Shown: positions 51,033 to 64,000 of the stretch, piece by piece
Layout of the letters: the number at the start of each line of letters is the position of its first letter
How positions within the stretch are numbered: position 1 is the first letter of the stretch
Assembly: GCA_002633005.1 (NCBI GenBank)
Contig: NMRA01000058.1
Span: 958,409-1,022,408 of the forward strand
Reading direction: 5' to 3'
Source of the DNA: Phoronis australis
Taxonomy: Eukaryota; Animalia; Phoronida
DNA length: 64,000 nt
The notes under the pieces: generated by a model
Databases searched by the model: none
What the model saw: the letters and a program-made list of their open reading frames with translations, nothing else
Told to the model about the DNA's origin: nothing
Made by a program: the position numbers and the translations under genes

Positions 51033-52758
51033 TTATGTGCCCACATATTTATATGTGGGTGCATATTGCTGTCATCTCTGTCTGGTCGTCCGGCATCCAT
51101 GGCTGTATGTCCTAAACCCTCGCGGGATCATATTGAAATTTGGCAGGTGTTTTCCTATGGCATTGACGACAGAGGCCGACGAATTCCCGGCAGACTTGAA
51201 TACCACTGTGCTCCCAAGTGGCAATTTTAGTTTTTTGCGTTTGCCTCTGTGTCTTCAAAGGTCCGCAACCAATTTTCAAGAAATTTGGCACATAGGCATC
51301 TGTTAGTGAGGTGACACTATTCTTTTGTTTTCGGATGGATATTTTGCGCCATCTAGTGGCAATTTTTAGTATTTTTGAGTTCATTTTTTGGCATCCACCT
51401 CTCTGTCAACCAAACCTCTCTAAGGATGATTGCGAAAATTGGCATGTATGTTCTTACTATGAAGAGGACGGTTGAGGTGATTTTCCAACGACTTCGACTA
51501 CTGTGGCGCCTCTTAGTGGGAGTTTTGTTTGTTTTTGTGTCCATGGCTGTCTATCCTAAACGCTCTACAGGATCTTTATTAAGTGCAGCAAATGTGTTCA
51601 TATGATGTTGACAAAGGACGACGACAACTTTCAGACAGATCGGACTACAGGTATGCCCTCTAGTGGCAATTTTAGTTTTTTTTTACGTTAACCTCTGTAT
51701 CTTCAAAGTCCTTGATGGATTTCCAACAAATTTGGCACATAGGCATCTTTTAATGAGGTGATGCTATCCTCCCGTTTTCATATGTATTCGAGGTATTCAG
51801 TTTTACTGTTTTCGAGTCTGTTTTTTGGCGTCCGTCCCTACATCAACCAAACCACTCTAAAGATGATTGTGAAAATTGGCATGTATGTTCTTACTGCAAA
51901 GAGAACAATTGTTGATGTTTTACCGATGAGTTCGACTACTGTGGCGCCTCCTAGTGGCAGTTTTTTGTGTGTCTGTTTTGCTCCCAGGCATACCTGCATC
52001 TCCTAAGCACTCTGAAGGATCTTTATTAAATTTAGTATGTGTCTTTATATGAAATTAACAACGGAAGACGACGACTTTCAGACGGGTCCGACTAACACTG
52101 CCCCCTAGTGGCAATTTCATTTTTTTCTGTTTTCCTCTGTTTCTCTGATGAAGTTCCTCGATGAATTTTCATGAAATTTGTTGAATAGCTTTCTTTTAAA
52201 GAAACGGTGACATTTTCTGGTTTTCAGATGGATTCGACGTATTTTGCCTCATCTAGTGGTCAGTTTTACTGTTTTTCTAGTCTGTTTTTGGTGTCCGCCC
52301 TCTGTCAACCACCAATTCTCAGGATGATTGTGAAAATTGGCTTATAATTATATTGTTAGTGTGAAGAGGACGTTTGACGATGATTTGATAGCTTCAATTA
52401 CTGTTGTGTCTCCTAGTGGTATTTTTTCGCCCTTAGCTGTATCTCCTAAGCCCTTCTGCAGAGTGTTTGTTAAATTTAGCAAGTGTATTTATATGACGTC
52501 GACATCGGAAGACGACAACTTTCAGACGGATACGATGAATGCTTTGTCCCCTAGTGGCAATTTCATTTTTTCTGTTTTGCTAAAGTTTCTTGACGGTACG
52601 TAAATAGCTTTCTGTTAAAAAATGGTGACATTTTCCAGGTTTTTTATGGATTTGAAGTATTTTGCACTAAGTGGCCATTTTTATGATACAAATAAAGACC
52701 CTAGAAGCACACCACTTGCAGTGCATTCGTGGGCACATTTCAACGCTCCGTGTTGCTC
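51033..52758 (+). mobile_element. Helentron/DINE-1-like family B, second full copy
   Basis: 5' palindrome ATGTGCCCACATATTTATATGTGGGTGCAT (51035-51064), about 11 monomers, 3' GTGGGCACAT and CAAC..GTTG hairpin. Confidence 0.85.
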
Positions 52759-55344
52759 AAATGTTCGAAATATACGAGTTAGTGGTCAGCAGACTTATTT
52801 TCTTGGCTCATTCCTCGCTTATGTCATGTAGTCTATCATTCTCATGCTGCAGGCTGCATTGTGTCAACCATTTTTTGAATAATTGCTTGTGGCATTCTAA
52901 TCTCCACAATCTTTTGAAGGATCCTTTTGAGCTTTGGTAAGGTATATTCTCCCTTCATTTTTGCTCAATGTGTCATGGTGATTGGGATGTGCTAAATAAA
53001 CTGAATATACAGGTTTTTTAGTTGATGGATGTGCGGAATTTACTGAGTAATCGTGCAAGCATTGGCACTGCCTCTGCGTGAATTTAATGAAGTGTGGCCT
53101 ACAGGTTGACTACAGATCTGGTTAACAGTAATTAAGTTCTTTATCCTCTTCCAATGTGAAAGTACTGTATCCCATAAGTGACCTATCGCAAGCTCCGCCC
53201 CTTTGTGAAATGTTGAGAAACAGAGAATTAGTTTTACCTGTAAACGTGTTGTTGTGTAAAGTGGCGGCTTGGAAACGAATGTGTGTCAAGAATTCCACGT
53301 TCTGATTGGTCAATTAAGCCGTCACTCAAAGTCCGGGCGATAGGTCATTTGATGAAACATGCTTTCAGTGCTGTCTACAAACAAAAATAATTTTTGTTGT
53401 ACGAAATTAGGCGAAAGTCCTAAACTCAAGGCTTGGAATTTTCCGTGGAAACGCGGATTTCCGCTTTTTTCTTTTATTCCCTCCGCGTATTTTCGTTATA
53501 TTTCCTCGGAAAAAGTCGGATTTGCCATAAAATTATCGTGGCAAATTGGTTTCTCGCCGTGGCGTTGCCGACGACTCTAAAAGCAGAAACTGCAATATGT
53601 TTCGGAGGAACAAAAACTGTACTTGCAGATCACAGGCGCTGGAATTTCCCGATGACTCGTAACCATATATAAGAAACATGTTTTCTTAGTAGTGAGTGAC
53701 GTCGAGGAACAAATAAATTCAAGCGCCTGTGCCTGGGATAGCGTGGTTCATCAATGGCGTCTGCATTTGGTATAAAGTCGCGGTGACAAATAGTGCGATT
53801 CTGCCGTCAAAAATGCATGGAGCGTGGAGTAAACAGTATATTTCGTGGAAAAGTGGATAAAAGAAACAACCAATGTCTTCACAAACAACATATAAGTCAA
53901 GGTTTGTGCTCTGTAAACTTATAGAGAGGAACAGTTACGGAGTGCTTGGCTGTGTCGCCTTGAACTAAGTCGGAATTGGAGGACCGACTGAAAACGATGA
54001 AACGCTAGAAATAACAACGCTTCCTGAAATGAAATTCAACTGTAACCGGTTATTCATTGGATTGGAATCGTGGGATGTGAGTGTGAAATTCTTTTGTTTG
54101 ATCCCACATGCACGCCCGTTGGCTGCTAGTGCTAGGCCTGACCGTCTGAGTGCGATTTTCAAGGTGCCGCCGAAACGGGATACAAAGTGCTATTTTCGTT
54201 ACTGCAAATGTGTTTTAAATTGCCGTTTATGTATTTCAATTTATTTTGACATTTTTCGTGTTCTATTTTGTGACTCGAGTGTTGCAGCTCGAGAGAAGTG
54301 ATCACATGACATTCTGAATGATCTGATTGGTCTAAGCCATTGTTTACAAGTTCCGCCAGCCTATTTTCAGTGTCCTGGTAGTTATTTCTTATGTCACATA
54401 GTTTCTTCTACGCCAGTGTGGCTTATGATCAATTAACTCCTGTAATTACTGTTTGAAACTGAAAAGTTTGGCCATCTTAGGATTGGGGTTGATGCATTCC
54501 ATGGTTTGAAGTGTGTTTTTGACTTTCATTTTTCCATGCTAGCAGTTGGGATATGAGCCACAGGTTTTTGTCTCGACTTTTTTCCATTTGTGTTGGAAGT
54601 AAATTTTTTGGAATTAAGATTGTGTATGTATTTCAGGCTTTCCAGATAATCTTTGAATCGATTTTTTTGTTTTTGTAATTTTTTATCGTAATTATAAGAA
54701 TTGAAAATAATTTTATAGGTCTCCCTGCAGCAAATCAAGAATAAGCTCCTGTCACTCATACTGCAAAATTTCCATCATTATCTTTGTTTTTTAATTTAAA
54801 AAATATCTTTTGTTGCATCTAATTGCCTGCATTGTTGTTGCTAAGATAGATGTCAGGTACTGCTTAACATGAGTGTGTTTTGCCAACCCGACACAGTAAG
54901 AGGGCATCTTGTGATAATAACGTTTACTTTCAATCTGTTGAGGTATGGTTTAGATTGAAATGTGTGATTAGGGTCGTAAAAATTTCCTCTTTTTTGTCAT
55001 GGGTCATTCCAAGCCCTGTAAACTAGTACCATAGGTAGGTAAATCTCCGCATCCTCAAGGGCTAACTCTGAAGCGTGTCATCGGTTTCTTAAGCTATGTC
55101 ACTGTTCTCAAGTCAAGATTTTCTCAGTGATTTGATGACTGTTTTTAATTGTGTGTTGATTTACATTGTATAAAAGGCCAGAGGCCCACAGTACAATAGT
55201 AGTGTTTAAGCTCATAGAACTAACCATCCAACATTTCACTGCTTAACATCTCTTTCTTTTCAAAGCGTAAAAAACAAAATGAATGTAACTTTTACAATGT
55301 ACCATCAGGTGAATGAAATTGAGCAAGGTTGAAAATCGCCAAAA

Positions 55345-55400
55345 CACACACCTACACGCCCACCCACTCACACCCGCTCACACACACACGCACACACATA
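55345..55400. repeat. Imperfect (CA)n microsatellite
   Basis: Direct reading. Confidence 0.8.
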
Positions 55401-57280
55401 TATAATGTCATCCTGAGATCATGGAATGCATCACAAACAAGAACAAAATACAATTCATCTTCAACACAGTTTCTCGTACTTAGGGCATACTCATTGTCAA
55501 TTTTTAACTCCCTACCAACTAGTAAACTATGGTTTCCACACTGAAATCTAGGTAGTTTGGTGAAAACTCTTTGCAAACTAAATTATATGTATAGTTCTAC
55601 TTTGTAAAATATTATAATTTTGTGTTATTCTGAATAAAGCGATACCAGCCGTGTAAATAACTGTCATTTATTTGTTATGAAAACAATATCAAAAAGGTTT
55701 CTTCACAAACTACACCCTGGTTTAGCCATACTTCGCGAAAATCATATTTCTATGAGATGTTTTAACTGTTGATTCCCAAGCATACTTAGACCTGCCACAA
55801 CTCTCTACTTTATAGAACATGTCCTAATTAGTTGCCTTTGGTGTATCTGTTGGAGGGCAACTTAAGGATTTTAAACCAGAATGTAACCAGTGTTACGTGT
55901 TACGTAGTATACAAAAGAAACCTCCCACATTCACTCAAAACTGCAGAATTAGAACAGGCAGTTCTTACACCATGAACCATTTTACAAAAACGCAAAAGCA
56001 TCTTTTCAAGGATATCGTATTCCTCAAATCCCCAGATTTCAGAAGCATAACACAATGATGGGTATGTATTTAGTTTGTGGAGCAATTCAAAAGAAAGTTG
56101 CATTGGAAAATTTCTGCATCGCCTACGAAGCCTGTTGATGGCAGCCATAGATTTACTATCTTGTCTAACAAGGTTTGTTATTGCTTTAGTCAAAGCCAAA
56201 CAGTGAGTAATCATGAGTCACAAATACTTATTAAAGTGGCTAACCACTTCCATGTGATCCTGAACAAAGAACCATCTTTCACAATTTCTCAATATAGTTA
56301 TTTTTGCCGTACAAGAGCTATTTAGACAATTCAACAATCTGCAGATTTACTAGAGCACTCACACATAACACCATATCGCTTACATACAGTAATGAAAAAA
56401 TATCTGATGTGTCATCTCTTGCAAGTATTCCTTGTATAATATCAGTTTTAACATGGTCCAAAAATTCATTTACGCAAGTACATCTAAAGGACTTATATAC
56501 ACCTATGGTGTGTCCCTATTTTACTACGGAAATAGTTCTTGGGACCTTGTGATGTTTTTGTGCAAGTACTCAATTTGCCATACATTGGCTTTAGGATTTT
56601 AATCACATGTCCCTCAGCTGTGTTAAGTTTTAATAGGTGTTTAAATAATAACTTATGAGGACTTTTATCAAACCCTTTAGCAAAATCTACAAATGCACAA
56701 TGAAAGCGACCTGTTCTACTAATTTATTTCTGGCACATGGCGTGCAAGGTAAATATTTGGTCTCGGCTTCCATAGCCTTTTTGAAACCCTGCCTGATGAC
56801 TGTTTTATCAGTGAATGATTCCTCAACGACTTCTGTTGATTAATATCATTAACTGTACGTTCGTTCGTCATGGGTATTAGTGTGATGATCATTGGTGTTT
56901 TTGCCAACGGTTACATCATTGACCTGACCAAGTAGGTCTTGAGCATTATACTATCAGTTAGTAATTTATAAATTTGTCTTCTGGATCCATTTCTGTTTTC
57001 CCAGGTATTGCATTGGTTTAGATTTTGAAACAAGTTTTGGAAGAGTTTTAGTCCTAATATGAAGCAAGCATTAGTTCAGTGTGGGCACAACATGGTAATA
57101 TGAGAAGTCTGCCACTGGAGTGCCAGTAAAACAGTAAAAAGCAGACTCTGGGAAGTAGAAGTATTGTTGACTGATAAACTTTGTGAAATAGAAATGACGC
57201 TGTTGCAGTAAAATTTGCTAATTTCAGGCAAAAAGTTGCCATTTGTTAGTTTTCAAGGGCTTCTAACAGTGTCTTTAATT
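55400..57280 (-). mobile_element. Decayed CR1/L2-group LINE ORF2 (RT through C-terminal zinc finger)
   Basis: Minus-strand motifs in the expected order: QAGFQKGYGSRDQIFTL, CAFVDFAKGFD, IFSLLYVSDMVL (degenerate YADD), LCYASEIWG..RFCK..GV..AVLSECGR, RFQCGNHSL..VEDELYFVLVC. Confidence 0.85.
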
Positions 57281-59026
57281 TTTCAAAACTTTGGTGGTAG
57301 CTGTGGTGCAATGCTGGCACATAATTGTGTGCTAACCTATGCTGTATAGGAAAATTTCAATTGTTGGCCATTAACCGTGTTGTAAATTGGCTATTTTAGC
57401 ATACATAGCATTGTCGTTACATTATCTAGTTCACCCCAGGCAGTTTTAGTCATAGCAACAAAACTTATATAGTCTGGAAATTGGATGTTTTCTTTCATTA
57501 AATATCATGGTCTTCACTGCTGTGTCCATTTTCTCATCAAAGCTTGGTATGAAAATGCATTGCCTTGTTAGATCAAAACACTTTGATTTTCTATATAGAT
57601 GGAACATTCTGTCATCTCTTATATTCTGAAGCATTGGTTGAAGTTAGTGTTCATTTTCCCCGGGTCTAATGATCATTTTTGTTGCCATGGCAAAGCTGCC
57701 GTTCTCTTTGGTTTCTATAAATTGAAACTAAAACCAATTTCAGGCTTGTTAGCAGTTAGTGCCATTAATGTTGGTAATTATCATTGATTGTGATTATTGG
57801 TGAAATTGCAGAGGGATTGTATAAGGTAACTCTGATGTTCACAGATATGAATTGTGTAATTACTGACTTGGTAGTACTGCAGTTGATAATATATTGCCTG
57901 AGCACACCAGGGATTGCTACTGTAAGCATCAAATTGCTACAAGCCCATTCTGGGTATCGCACAAGTATATGACATAATAGATGTTGCAAAAATCCATTTC
58001 ATGTTCTCTGTCACTGAGGGGGGAATATTTTTGATAAAGAAAAAATCTTTTAACATTTGTTTTGTTAATGGTGCTCATACATACGTGCTTGTATAAGTTT
58101 GATTATGCAGATACAGTCTCAAATTTTTAGAATTGGAAGTACAGTATTTTTGCTTGAAGGCAATAATTACTCTGTACAATCATTTAATTCCGAATCTATG
58201 CTTTTAATTTACTATGAATTACAGTTAAAATTTATGTTAACAGGGATTGAATAGAATTCTAATTTGCTTTATTAGACTGACAAGTATGGGATATTGTTCC
58301 ATTAATATTTAGTCCGTAGTTCGATCATTTAATTTCAGTGGGTACCGTTGAAGGGAGTTTGAATTCACATTTAAATGTGTTAAGATTATGTCTCTCCTAA
58401 TTTAGTGTACCATATTAAATTATAACATTAAAAATTCCCGAACTTGGGACATTGGAAAATAAATATTTTGAACCAGTCTTAAATTGTACAAATAGGTAAT
58501 ATTGGCTGTCCGAAATTTGAGAAATATGAGAAAGATAACAAAATCGAAATATTCGAATTTATGCGGTCGGGTGCCGACTGCGTTTCGATTTGCGGTTTTA
58601 GACCGTTTGAACAGCCGTGCAGATTTTTGATCGTTATTGCTGACAAGAAATTCACACGATATCCTCAAAAACATATACAGTGACGTTACTAACTCTGAAC
58701 ACAATCAACTTACCAAAACTTTGTGATAAGGAAAAATATATATTTGTTATGTAATGCGCCTTGGCTGATTATTGGCAATATCCATAGGTTAAACTGCCCG
58801 TAAACCAAGCACAGACGATGCGACTACAGTATCTGTCACTAATGTCACTAGAACAGACCTTGGCGAAACAGGGTTCCCGCAAACGAGACATGTAAATAAG
58901 GACCCATAGTCTTAGCTGGATTAGGTATCCGGGTGTTTATTTGTTGGGAATTGTTATTCCAAATTACAGCAGTAGGCCAGATCGCAATTTAACCCTGGAG
59001 GTAGAGCCTATGCAATTCTAACTGCA

Positions 59027-60257
59027 GGACACCACCACACGCAAGTGACTGTTCAAGGAGCCGGCTACAAGTGTGTCAGCATCTTCAACGCTTTGTGCCG
59101 TACACAAAACGGGTTCATCCCAATAATCTTGTCCCTTGCATTTCTGATACTGCTGTTGTAATTTTATCTTTCCTATGTTCACTCCGGTCCGATAGCAGTG
59201 CCATCCCCTCGTTAATGAGTTCAATTTATTTTTTAAACTTGTGCAGATTTAGGTCGATCTCCGATACGGACCCAGGTTTCATTTTACAAATCACACGCCA
59301 TGGGTCAAATATGTTGGTACGTGGTGCCGTCATCTCTGTCTGGGCATCCAGCGTCCGGTGTCCTCAGCTGGATCAGACCTAAACCCCTCACAACAGGTTC
59401 TTGATCAGATTTGGCAGAGCGTTCCTATGAAGCTAACAATGGGTGACTACAAATTTCGGACGGCAATTTTTATGAAATTTGTCACTTAGGCATCATTTTG
59501 TGAGATGATGCTATCTTCCCAATTTTGGATTGATTCGAGATATTTTGCGCCACCTAGTAGCCAATTTTTCTGTTTTNNNNNNNNNNNNNNNNNNNNNNNN
59601 NNNNNNNNNNNNNNNNNNNNNNNNNNNNNNNNNNNNNNNNNNNNNNNNNNNNNNNNNNNNNNNNNNNNNNNNNNNNNNNNNNNNNNNNNNNNNNNNNNNN
59701 NNNNNNNNNAGGACACCACCACACGCAAGTGACTGTTCAAGGAGCCGGCTACAAGTGTGTCAGCATCTTCAACGCTTTGTGCCGTACATAAAACGGGTTC
59801 ATCCCAATAATCTTGTCCCTTGCATTCCTGATACTGCTGTTGTAATTTTATCTTTCCTATGTTCACTCCGGTCCGATAGCAGTGCCATCCCCTCGTTAAT
59901 GAGTTCAATTTATTTTTTAAACTTGTGCTGATTTAGGTCGATCTCCGATACGGACCCAGGTTTCATTTTACAAATCACACGCCATGGGTCAAATATGTTG
60001 GTACGTGGTGCCGTCATCTCTGTCTGGGCATCCAGCGTCCGGTGTCCTCAGCTGGATCAGACCTAAACCCCTCACAGGTTCTTGATCAGATTTGGCAGAG
60101 CGTTCCTATGAAGCTAACAATGGGTGACTACAAATTTCGGACGGCAATTTTCATGAAATTTGTCACTTAGGCATCATTTCGTGAGATGATGCTATCTTCC
60201 CAATTTTGGATTGATTCGAGATATTTTGCGCCACCTAGTAGCCAATTTTTCTGTTTT
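59027..60257 (+). repeat. Near-identical ~550-bp duplication flanking a 133-N gap (59577-59709); likely assembly artefact
   Basis: 59027-59576 matches 59710-~60257 with only a few substitutions and one 3-bp indel. Confidence 0.8.
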
Positions 60258-62480
60258 TGGCATCAGCACCTCTATCAACCAAACCACTCTAAGGATGATT
60301 GCGAAAATTAGCATACAAGTTCTTAGTGTGAAGAGGATGGTTGACGGTGATGGTTTTCTGAGACTGCTTTGACTATTCTGGTGTCTCCTAGTGGCAGTTT
60401 TTTTTGCACCCGAAGGTGTATCTCCTAAACTCACTGCGGCATCCTTATTAAATTTAGCGACTGTATTTATATGAAGTTGACAACGGACGATGACTACTTT
60501 CAGACGGATCCGACGAATGCTGTGCCCTCAAGTGGCAATTTCATTTTTTTCTGTTTTTCTCTGAAGTTCCATGATAGATGTTTAGGAAATCTAATAAATG
60601 GCTTTCTGTTAAAAAACCATGATATGTTCCCGTTTTCAGATGGATTCAAGGTATTTTGCACTGTTTAGTGGCCATTTTTACTGTTTTCTAGTCTGTTTTT
60701 GGCGTCCGCCCCTCTATGAGCCAAACCAATCAACGAATGGTTGTGAAAATTGGCATACCGTATTCGCCGTAATAAACGCCCATGCCCCTATAAGCGCCCC
60801 CCCACGCGTTTTCAGACTTTGCTAAAATAAGCGCCCAGTCCATGAACGTGTATGTGCGAAAAATGCCTTATCTACAGTCCTAAAGTTCTATAGTAACGTC
60901 TTCAATTTATCAATAATATCCGACAGTCCTGAAAAAAATCATTGTGCGCAGAATTTGTAGACCACAAGCCTCGCCGTTATGTGGCTATTTAGCCGTGACT
61001 ATACACTTCAAACTTCCGCCATGCCTCAAAACGAACACAAAAGTTCTGCTGGTATTGCGAGTGTTAAAAGCACGTGGCCAGGAAGCGCGCGCTACATACA
61101 TGAACCAGTCATCAAAGGCATTAGTCGGGAACTATCCATTCTTGAAATGGGTAGCATAGCATCGGCAAGAAATGAATATTGGCACTAATTTCCGATAGTT
61201 TCTCACACTATAAAAAAATGTTTATTTTTAAAATGAATTGTTTGATTAGCCATAACTGGTGTTTTTAAGCCATATCTCCGATAAAATAACCACTGACAGC
61301 GAATGCTTACACACCCTTACACCGAAAAATAACTGTCAGATAGTCACGTACGCATCCAGCCACACGGCAACTAATATCGCCTTACCGAGACAAATGTCAA
61401 ACGTTTTTAGCACGAGACTGGCAAGTGCTGAATGAAACACGCTCGAGTTTAGGCCTACTGCTTGTGCAAATTTCTTTTGATACAATGCACCTCTAGTTCG
61501 TTAGATTGCGTGGCTCTGGCCAAAAGACGGTCTCTGCTTACTCACAAACGCAGACAACTTCTAAACAAACATCACGTGACAACAACATGTGCGTTCGTCC
61601 AGACATTTTTCTCATGTTTCCGATCATACCTGCAGATGGCATGATATCAGCACAGATTTGTACTCAAACTTGCCGTGATCCCAACTCCACAGGAACTTAA
61701 AAATCTTAGGGACGCCAAACTTGGAAAACTTAAGGAGGATTTCAGGTAATTTATTTGAGTATTTTTGTTCAAGCATTCATGTCGCCATATCGACGATTGC
61801 GAGGCAGGCAGTTGGCGAGTTTTACGCCCTGGGATTTCAGCACAATTTTCGTAAAATGATGGTAATTTAGCAGCAAAGTTTGATAGCAATGCACCATGGT
61901 TTTGTAGAAAGTCTTTCATATATTACAAATACGTCACAGAGCGTAAATATAATGAATCTTAGCTTCTGATTTCACCGGTTTCAACGGCCTTGAGTTTTAA
62001 TAAGCGCCCCCCCGAAACGAACTTCTAAGTGCCCTGGGCGGTTATTACGGCGAATACGGTATATGTTTGTAGTGTGAAGATAATGGTTATCAATGATTTT
62101 CTGATGACTTTGACTGCTGTGACGCCTCCTGGTGGTATTTTTTGTGCCCATAGCTGTTAATTTCACAGCAGGATCTTTATTAAATTTGGCAAGTGCATTT
62201 ATATGAAGTTGACAACGCACGACAACGACTTTCAGACTGACCCGAGAAACGCTGTGCCCACTAGTGGCAACTTGATTTTGTCCATTTTTCTCTGATGTTC
62301 CTCTACGGATTTTTATGAAATTTGGTAAATATCTTTCTGATGACATTTTCTCATTTTCAAATGGATTCGACATATTTTGTGCCGTCCAGTGGCCATTTTT
62401 ATGATATAAATAAACACCTCTAGAAATACACCCTTTGCGGTGCATTTGTGGACGCATCTCAAGGCTTCGTGAAGCTCAGG
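60005..62480 (+). mobile_element. Family B third copy (5' palindrome degraded), interrupted by a pogo-like MITE
   Basis: GTCATCTCTGTCTGGGCATCC head, same monomers, 3' GTGGACGCAT end. The monomer reads through once 60758-62061 is removed. Confidence 0.8.
60758..62059 (+). mobile_element. Complete pogo/Tigger-like (Tc1/mariner) MITE, 1.3 kb
   Basis: Perfect 18-bp TIR CCGTATTCGCCGTAATAA. TA TSD at 60756-60757 and 62060-62061. Confidence 0.92.
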
Positions 62481-62914
62481 TTTAGGTCAGGTAGTCCGGA
62501 GAGTGTACTAGTTAGTATGTTGCACGCTCTAGTGGCCTTTTTATTTTTATATGTTACATGGTACTAATCAACCCCTGTAGTCGCGCATACCACTGGCGAT
62601 GCAGATAAACGTTTTGCATTGCCCCATTCACAATTCAAAACAGCAAATAAAAAGGTACGACTTTCGAACAGTTAAGCGGGAGCTGTTCCCAAGGAGTGCT
62701 GTTACTTATGCTTGTATAAGAACAATAAATCTACAGCGATTCGAACCCATGCACTTTTTTGCTCACGCATTAAATGACTGCTCTACTGACAGAGAATCAG
62801 GTGAACAATTACAGAAATAAATTGATCTCCCCAGTGCATTAAACACCGGAAATTTAGCTAAAATTATTTATAGAACAAAGTGGAGCCGAACCAGTTGATG
62901 GAGATCAAAATTAC

Positions 62915-63290
62915 CTGTTGGGATGCAGTTGTGTGCTTTGGATATGTGAAGTGGATGCACCATGTTAGTTGAAGCATGATGTTTTCCAATCAAAGCAATG
63001 TATTTTATGACGGTCTTGTACTAGCATCAATGTCTTGGGGGATTTATAAGCATCCAACATCTAATAGCATACAAGACAAGAAGTGTTCTCACTCGATCGT
63101 AATGAAGTTGAACTTAAGTTTCCTTTCTTTCCATTTAATGAAGGGTATCCATGGCAACACATGGCTACTGAAGCCTCTCTGTTGTTGTCGGAAGAATATT
63201 TTTTCATAGTGTCATGGTTCTTGTGCTTCGTAATGTCCTGCATGTGTTAGGTTACTGGTTGACTGCCATAGTCCATTATGACTGATGGCC
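62915..63290 (-). pseudogene. Probable decayed Zisupton/KDZ transposase exon
   Basis: AMCCHGYPSLNGKKGN (~CRH..P..N..GE), YIALIGKH (~YDIAC.L.KH), HFTYPKHTTASQQ (~FH.Y.H...CQ), ending at a CAG|GTAATT donor. Confidence 0.4.
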
Positions 63291-63844
63291 TGACTTATCT
63301 GGCATGCGGTGTCAGACTAGAAGCAAGAACCTCGCATAAACGCAAGGTCACGCACAAAACTTGGCGAGATATCGCCATGTCTTTTTACAAGAGATAGCAC
63401 ATAATCACACTTTTTAACTTTCCGTCGCAGGATTCTTGTATCTCAAGTCCCATCTCATGCAGCTTGTACTTAGTGCAACTTTTAGTGCAGCGTCCATACA
63501 CACATGTGTTCGATAATGGGTAATGCGGAAATCGTCGCTCTGTGCATGACAATGGACAGTTGATGTGAATACGGAGCTGAAAATTACTAACGCCTTACCC
63601 TACTTTTGCTACCTCACAGCAATTAGAAATTACCCTAGAACACTTAATGTTACCTTACCTTGATAAGATGGAGTAAGTTATCACAAGTGGTTTAATTTGC
63701 ACTATAGTTTTAATAGCATCCACACAGCCTAATCAAACCTACCAACTGAACTCATTTCAGGAATGTTCTAGGGTTAGTCTGTGTATATATTGCAGTACAA
63801 GTAAAAACTGATCGTTAATTGGCGAAATTTATTTCGCCCAAGTA

Positions 63845-64000
63845 TGTTGCAATTTTCGTCCGATCATCACGAAATTTACACATAACACGTAGTTCCGGAA
63901 ATACTGGAAGCCTATTGTTTTTCGTCAAAATTGGTTCCAAGATGGCGGCTGTGGCGGCCATTTTGTTTTCATTTTAAGATTTTAAGGCTTCTGGAGGCTA
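63845..64000 (+). repeat. Start of another family C unit
   Basis: GAAATTTACACATAAC..GAAGCCTATTGTTTTT..AAGATGGCGGCTGTGGCGGCCATTTTGTTTTCA matches ~33287 and ~34453. Confidence 0.8.

Noticed and set aside
59486-59931. ORFs of 75-140 aa spanning the gap
   Set aside because: Artefacts of translating Ns.

Overview
This is AT-rich, repeat-dense eukaryotic DNA, probably intronic or intergenic sequence from an invertebrate animal (inferred from the TE spectrum and a spliceosomal intron). I found no intact host CDS, rRNA, functional tRNA or CRISPR array, and almost all listed ORFs are spurious. Most of the window is nested, decayed transposons. DNA transposons include Kolobok/T2-like TTAA MITEs, two Academ-type relics, hAT elements (one with an 8-bp TSD, one with a 5-bp TSD, and an intron-containing transposase pseudogene), pogo/Tigger-like TA MITEs and a probable Zisupton/KDZ relic. 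Retroelements include a Gypsy LTR+gag relic, an RNase H-bearing I-group LINE 3' end, a CR1-group LINE and Penelope-like fragments. Two Helentron/DINE-1-like families carry internal tandem arrays. The most striking observation is that each ~140-160 bp monomer in one Helentron-like family (3 large copies) has a co-oriented box, several copies of which match the CTCF core consensus exactly, and the monomers form a conserved ~445-bp trimer. A 14-bp palindrome flanked by a perfect 8-bp duplication looks like a P-element-type footprint. All alignments were done by eye and no database search was run.
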